Source: an uncultured Gammaproteobacteria bacterium (lineage in GTDB: Bacteria; Patescibacteriota; Microgenomatia; UBA10105; UBA927). From it: 64,000 nt of DNA. Both the position numbers and the translations under genes were made by a program. The notes under the pieces were generated by a model, which did no database searches, was not told the DNA's origin, and saw nothing but the letters and a program-made list of their open reading frames with translations. Below, piece after piece: positions 61,653-64,000 of this stretch; position 1 is the stretch's first letter; every line of letters starts with the position of its first letter. The stretch spans positions 126,989 through 190,988 of the forward strand of contig CAZKLT010000001.1 of the NCBI GenBank assembly GCA_964553825.1, given 5' to 3'.

Positions 61653-62593
61653 ACGCAAAAGTTCTTGTCATAACGGGGCCAACTGCTACGGGGAAAACAA
61701 AAATAGCAGTATCCATGGCACGTCGTTTTGGCGGTGAACTCGTGTCAGCTGATTCCCGTCAGCTCTACCGGGGTATGGATATTGCTACGGGAAAGGATAG
61801 TGCGGCAGTCGGCAGTACCGCACTTTGGATGATCGATGTTGTGGATCCCGGTGATGAATTCAGCGTCAGTCAGTATGTGGCAGGGGCAAGGGCAGCTATC
61901 GCCGATATTCACACACGCGGAAAATTGCCCATAGTCGTCGGCGGTACGGGTTTTTATATTCAGGGATTGTTGCATCCTCTGGATACAATCGATATTCCGC
62001 CGAACCATCACCTTCGTAAACAGCTGGCGCGTGCGTCGCTTTCCGAGGTTACCCGTCGCCTCATGACGCTAGACCCTCAAGCATGGAAGGACATGAACGC
62101 CTCGGATCGTGCCAACCCCAGGCGCCTTATCCGCAAAATAGAAATTCTGACGGCCAGGCCGCGTGTGCCATCGGCTGCAGCAGCTCCTGCATATGACTCA
62201 CTGATTATCGGTCTTACGGCGCCATATGAAGAGCTTTATAGGCGGATAGACGATCGGGTTGATAAACGGATGGTAGAAGGAGTACTTGAAGAAGTACAAA
62301 GACTTCTGGACGCTGGGTACTCCTGGAATCTTCCTTCCATGAGCGGACTCGGATACCGTCAATGGTATGGGTATTTTACGGGAAACAGGCGGGACCGTGC
62401 GGCGCTTCTCCCCTCTATAGTGAAACAGTGGAAATTCGATGAGCATGCGTATGCGCGTCGTCAGATGACGTGGTTTAGGAAAATGCCAGCGATAGATTGG
62501 GTGGATATTCGGTTGCCCGATGTGGCGGACATTGTGGCGCGGAAAGTCGGCGCATGGTATACTGAACATCGGGATTTTCGGCATGAAAATTGA
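61649..62593 (+). CDS. miaA: tRNA dimethylallyltransferase
   Basis: VITGPTATGKT P-loop and SADSRQLYRGMDIATGK. Confidence 0.9.
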   Translation: MNAKVLVITGPTATGKTKIAVSMARRFGGELVSADSRQLYRGMDIATGKDSAAVGSTALWMIDVVDPGDEFSVSQYVAGARAAIADIHTRGKLPIVVGGTGFYIQGLLHPLDTIDIPPNHHLRKQLARASLSEVTRRLMTLDPQAWKDMNASDRANPRRLIRKIEILTARPRVPSAAAAPAYDSLIIGLTAPYEELYRRIDDRVDKRMVEGVLEEVQRLLDAGYSWNLPSMSGLGYRQWYGYFTGNRRDRAALLPSIVKQWKFDEHAYARRQMTWFRKMPAIDWVDIRLPDVADIVARKVGAWYTEHRDFRHEN

Positions 62594-63587
62594 AATTTCC
62601 ATAAAAACAGTATTATTTGCTTTTGCCCTCGTTGCTGCTCTTTGGGTCCTCGGTCAGATTATTGATATTCTGATACTTTTGTTTATTGCGTTTCTTCTGA
62701 TGACAGCCATACATCCGTTGGTCGTGATGCTGGAGCGCGTGAGGATTCCTCGCGTGTTGGGTATTCTTCTTGTGTACGCGCTGGTGTTTGGCGTTTTTGG
62801 AGCTTCGCTTGTCGGAGCTATCCCAACGCTTGTTGTTCAATCGGCGCGTCTTACGCAGGAATTACCGGGCTTTGTGGCCCGAATTTTGCCATACTGGAAT
62901 ATTGATGTCACCGCTATAAGTCAGCAGATTGCCCCGATCGGTGAAAGCCTGGTGAAGGTAACCCTTGGCGTGTTTTCCAACATCGTTGCCGTTGTTACGG
63001 TTATGGTGTTTACTTTTTATTTTCTCATGGAGCGGCGTCATGCAGATCAGATTCTGACGAGTATTTTCGGAGCGGATGTGGCTGTGAGAGTCCTTATGGT
63101 TCTGAGAAGCATTGAACGTCGGCTCGGTTCATGGGTTCGAGGACAGTTATTGCTTATGGCCGTGGTAGGCGTCTTGTCATATATCGGGCTCGTGATGCTG
63201 CATATAGAATATGCGGTACCGCTTGCAATTTTTGCGGGCCTTCTTGAATTGGTGCCCATGATCGGACCGACGATTTCTGCTATTCCAGCAGTGCTTGTCG
63301 CACTCGGCACATCACCACTGTTGGCATTGAGCGTTGCCGCTCTCTATATCGTCGTTCAGCAGATAGAGAACAATCTTCTGGTGCCCCTTGTGATGAAAAG
63401 AAGTGTCGGTTTTCCGCCGCTTTTGACCATTATTATCCTGCTCGTTGGCGGCAGGCTTGCCGGTGTTGCCGGCGCAGTGTTGTCCATCCCTGTTGCGTTG
63501 GTCGTGCAGGAAGTTGCTTCTGATTTACTCTTCAAAGCAGGCGAAACCCCGAAGCACGCCACAAAAAATCCCTCCAAGACTTCCTGA
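62583..63587 (+). CDS. AI-2E family (PerM-like) transporter
   Basis: 7-8 TM helices and the pattern of UPF0118/AI-2E. The start is taken at ATG 62583. Confidence 0.6.
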   Translation: MKIEISIKTVLFAFALVAALWVLGQIIDILILLFIAFLLMTAIHPLVVMLERVRIPRVLGILLVYALVFGVFGASLVGAIPTLVVQSARLTQELPGFVARILPYWNIDVTAISQQIAPIGESLVKVTLGVFSNIVAVVTVMVFTFYFLMERRHADQILTSIFGADVAVRVLMVLRSIERRLGSWVRGQLLLMAVVGVLSYIGLVMLHIEYAVPLAIFAGLLELVPMIGPTISAIPAVLVALGTSPLLALSVAALYIVVQQIENNLLVPLVMKRSVGFPPLLTIIILLVGGRLAGVAGAVLSIPVALVVQEVASDLLFKAGETPKHATKNPSKTS

Positions 63588-63596
63588 GGGATTTTT

Positions 63597-63960
63597 CGTA
63601 CATTGGAATCTCATAAGCCAGATTCTGTTTTTACATTCTCATTTCTCTCATGCCCGTAAACTTTATCCCGCTTTCGCTTGCGCGAAATCACGAATGTGTG
63701 TTGGTGGCGGGATGGTCGCCGGTTGCAGCGGGTAGGATTGTCACGTTTCACCCATGTTCCAGAGCCGTCTGGCTCACAGGATCATGATCGTCTCTGCGAC
63801 TCTCCCGGCCGGTCAATTCCGACCTGGTTCTGCATCCCTTTCGGGACATAGACACTCGATCTTACGACGGGGAGCTTGCGCTCCCTCCCCGCACATTCTA
63901 CCTGTCTGGACTTTCCTCTCCGGATTCCTCCGGAGCGAGAATTCGGATTCCAATGTACCC
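63597..63960 (-). ncRNA. rnpB: RNase P RNA, bacterial type A (compact)
   Basis: On the minus strand: 13-bp P1 (GGUACAUUGGAAUC...GAUUCCAAUGUAC), GGAGAGGAAAGUCCAGAC (CR-I / P4 5' strand), GGGUGAAACGUGACAAUCC, and 3' ACAGAAUCUGGCUUA (P4 3' strand with compensatory changes pairing to GUCCAGA). Confidence 0.8.
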
Positions 63961-64000
63961 TATAATTATACACTGTCTCTACAAGTTTTTCGAGCTTGAG

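Noticed and set aside
63445-63999. ORFs 63445-63735, 63754-63999 and 63782-63973
   Set aside because: They overlap the RNase P RNA gene. The region is explained by a structured ncRNA, not a protein.
1-64000. CRISPR arrays or cas operon (prompted by the Cas4-like nuclease)
   Set aside because: No regularly spaced short direct repeats and no cas1/cas2 are visible anywhere in the window. The Cas4-like protein is a standalone PD-(D/E)XK nuclease.

Overview
Bacterial chromosomal window (about 50% GC) centred on the conserved rpoB-rpoC / str / S10 / spc / alpha ribosomal superoperon, followed by recA-recX-rny-hup and housekeeping genes (ABC transporter, miaB-miaA), and ending in an RNase P RNA gene. 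The r-protein array runs rpsL-rpsG ... fusA ... tuf-rpsJ-rplCDWB-rpsS-rplV-rpsC-rplP-rpmC-rpsQ-rplNXE-rpsZ-rpsH-rplFR-rpsE-rplO-secY-adk-cmk-map-infA-rpmJ-rpsMKD-rpoA-rplQ-rplM-rpsI. It lacks rpmD (L30): rpsE and rplO are only 9 nt apart. S12, L17 and S9 carry unusual extensions. Together with several small DUF membrane proteins this suggests a Patescibacteria/CPR-like or otherwise reduced-genome bacterium (inference). The operon is interrupted twice. A 12-kb accessory block of redox, DNA-repair and secreted/membrane genes sits between rpsG and fusA. A 613-aa orphan gene sits antisense between fusA and tuf. The 5' third of the window carries a cluster of two predicted PD-(D/E)XK nucleases (a DUF2130 Zn-ribbon/coiled-coil protein and a Cas4-like Fe-S nuclease), a DUF45 metallohydrolase and a GNAT gene. 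Several promoter-hairpin-U-tract (attenuator-like) leaders lie inside the r-protein cluster. One tRNA-Pro(GGG) and a compact type-A RNase P RNA were found. No CRISPR array, transposase or integrase was recognised.
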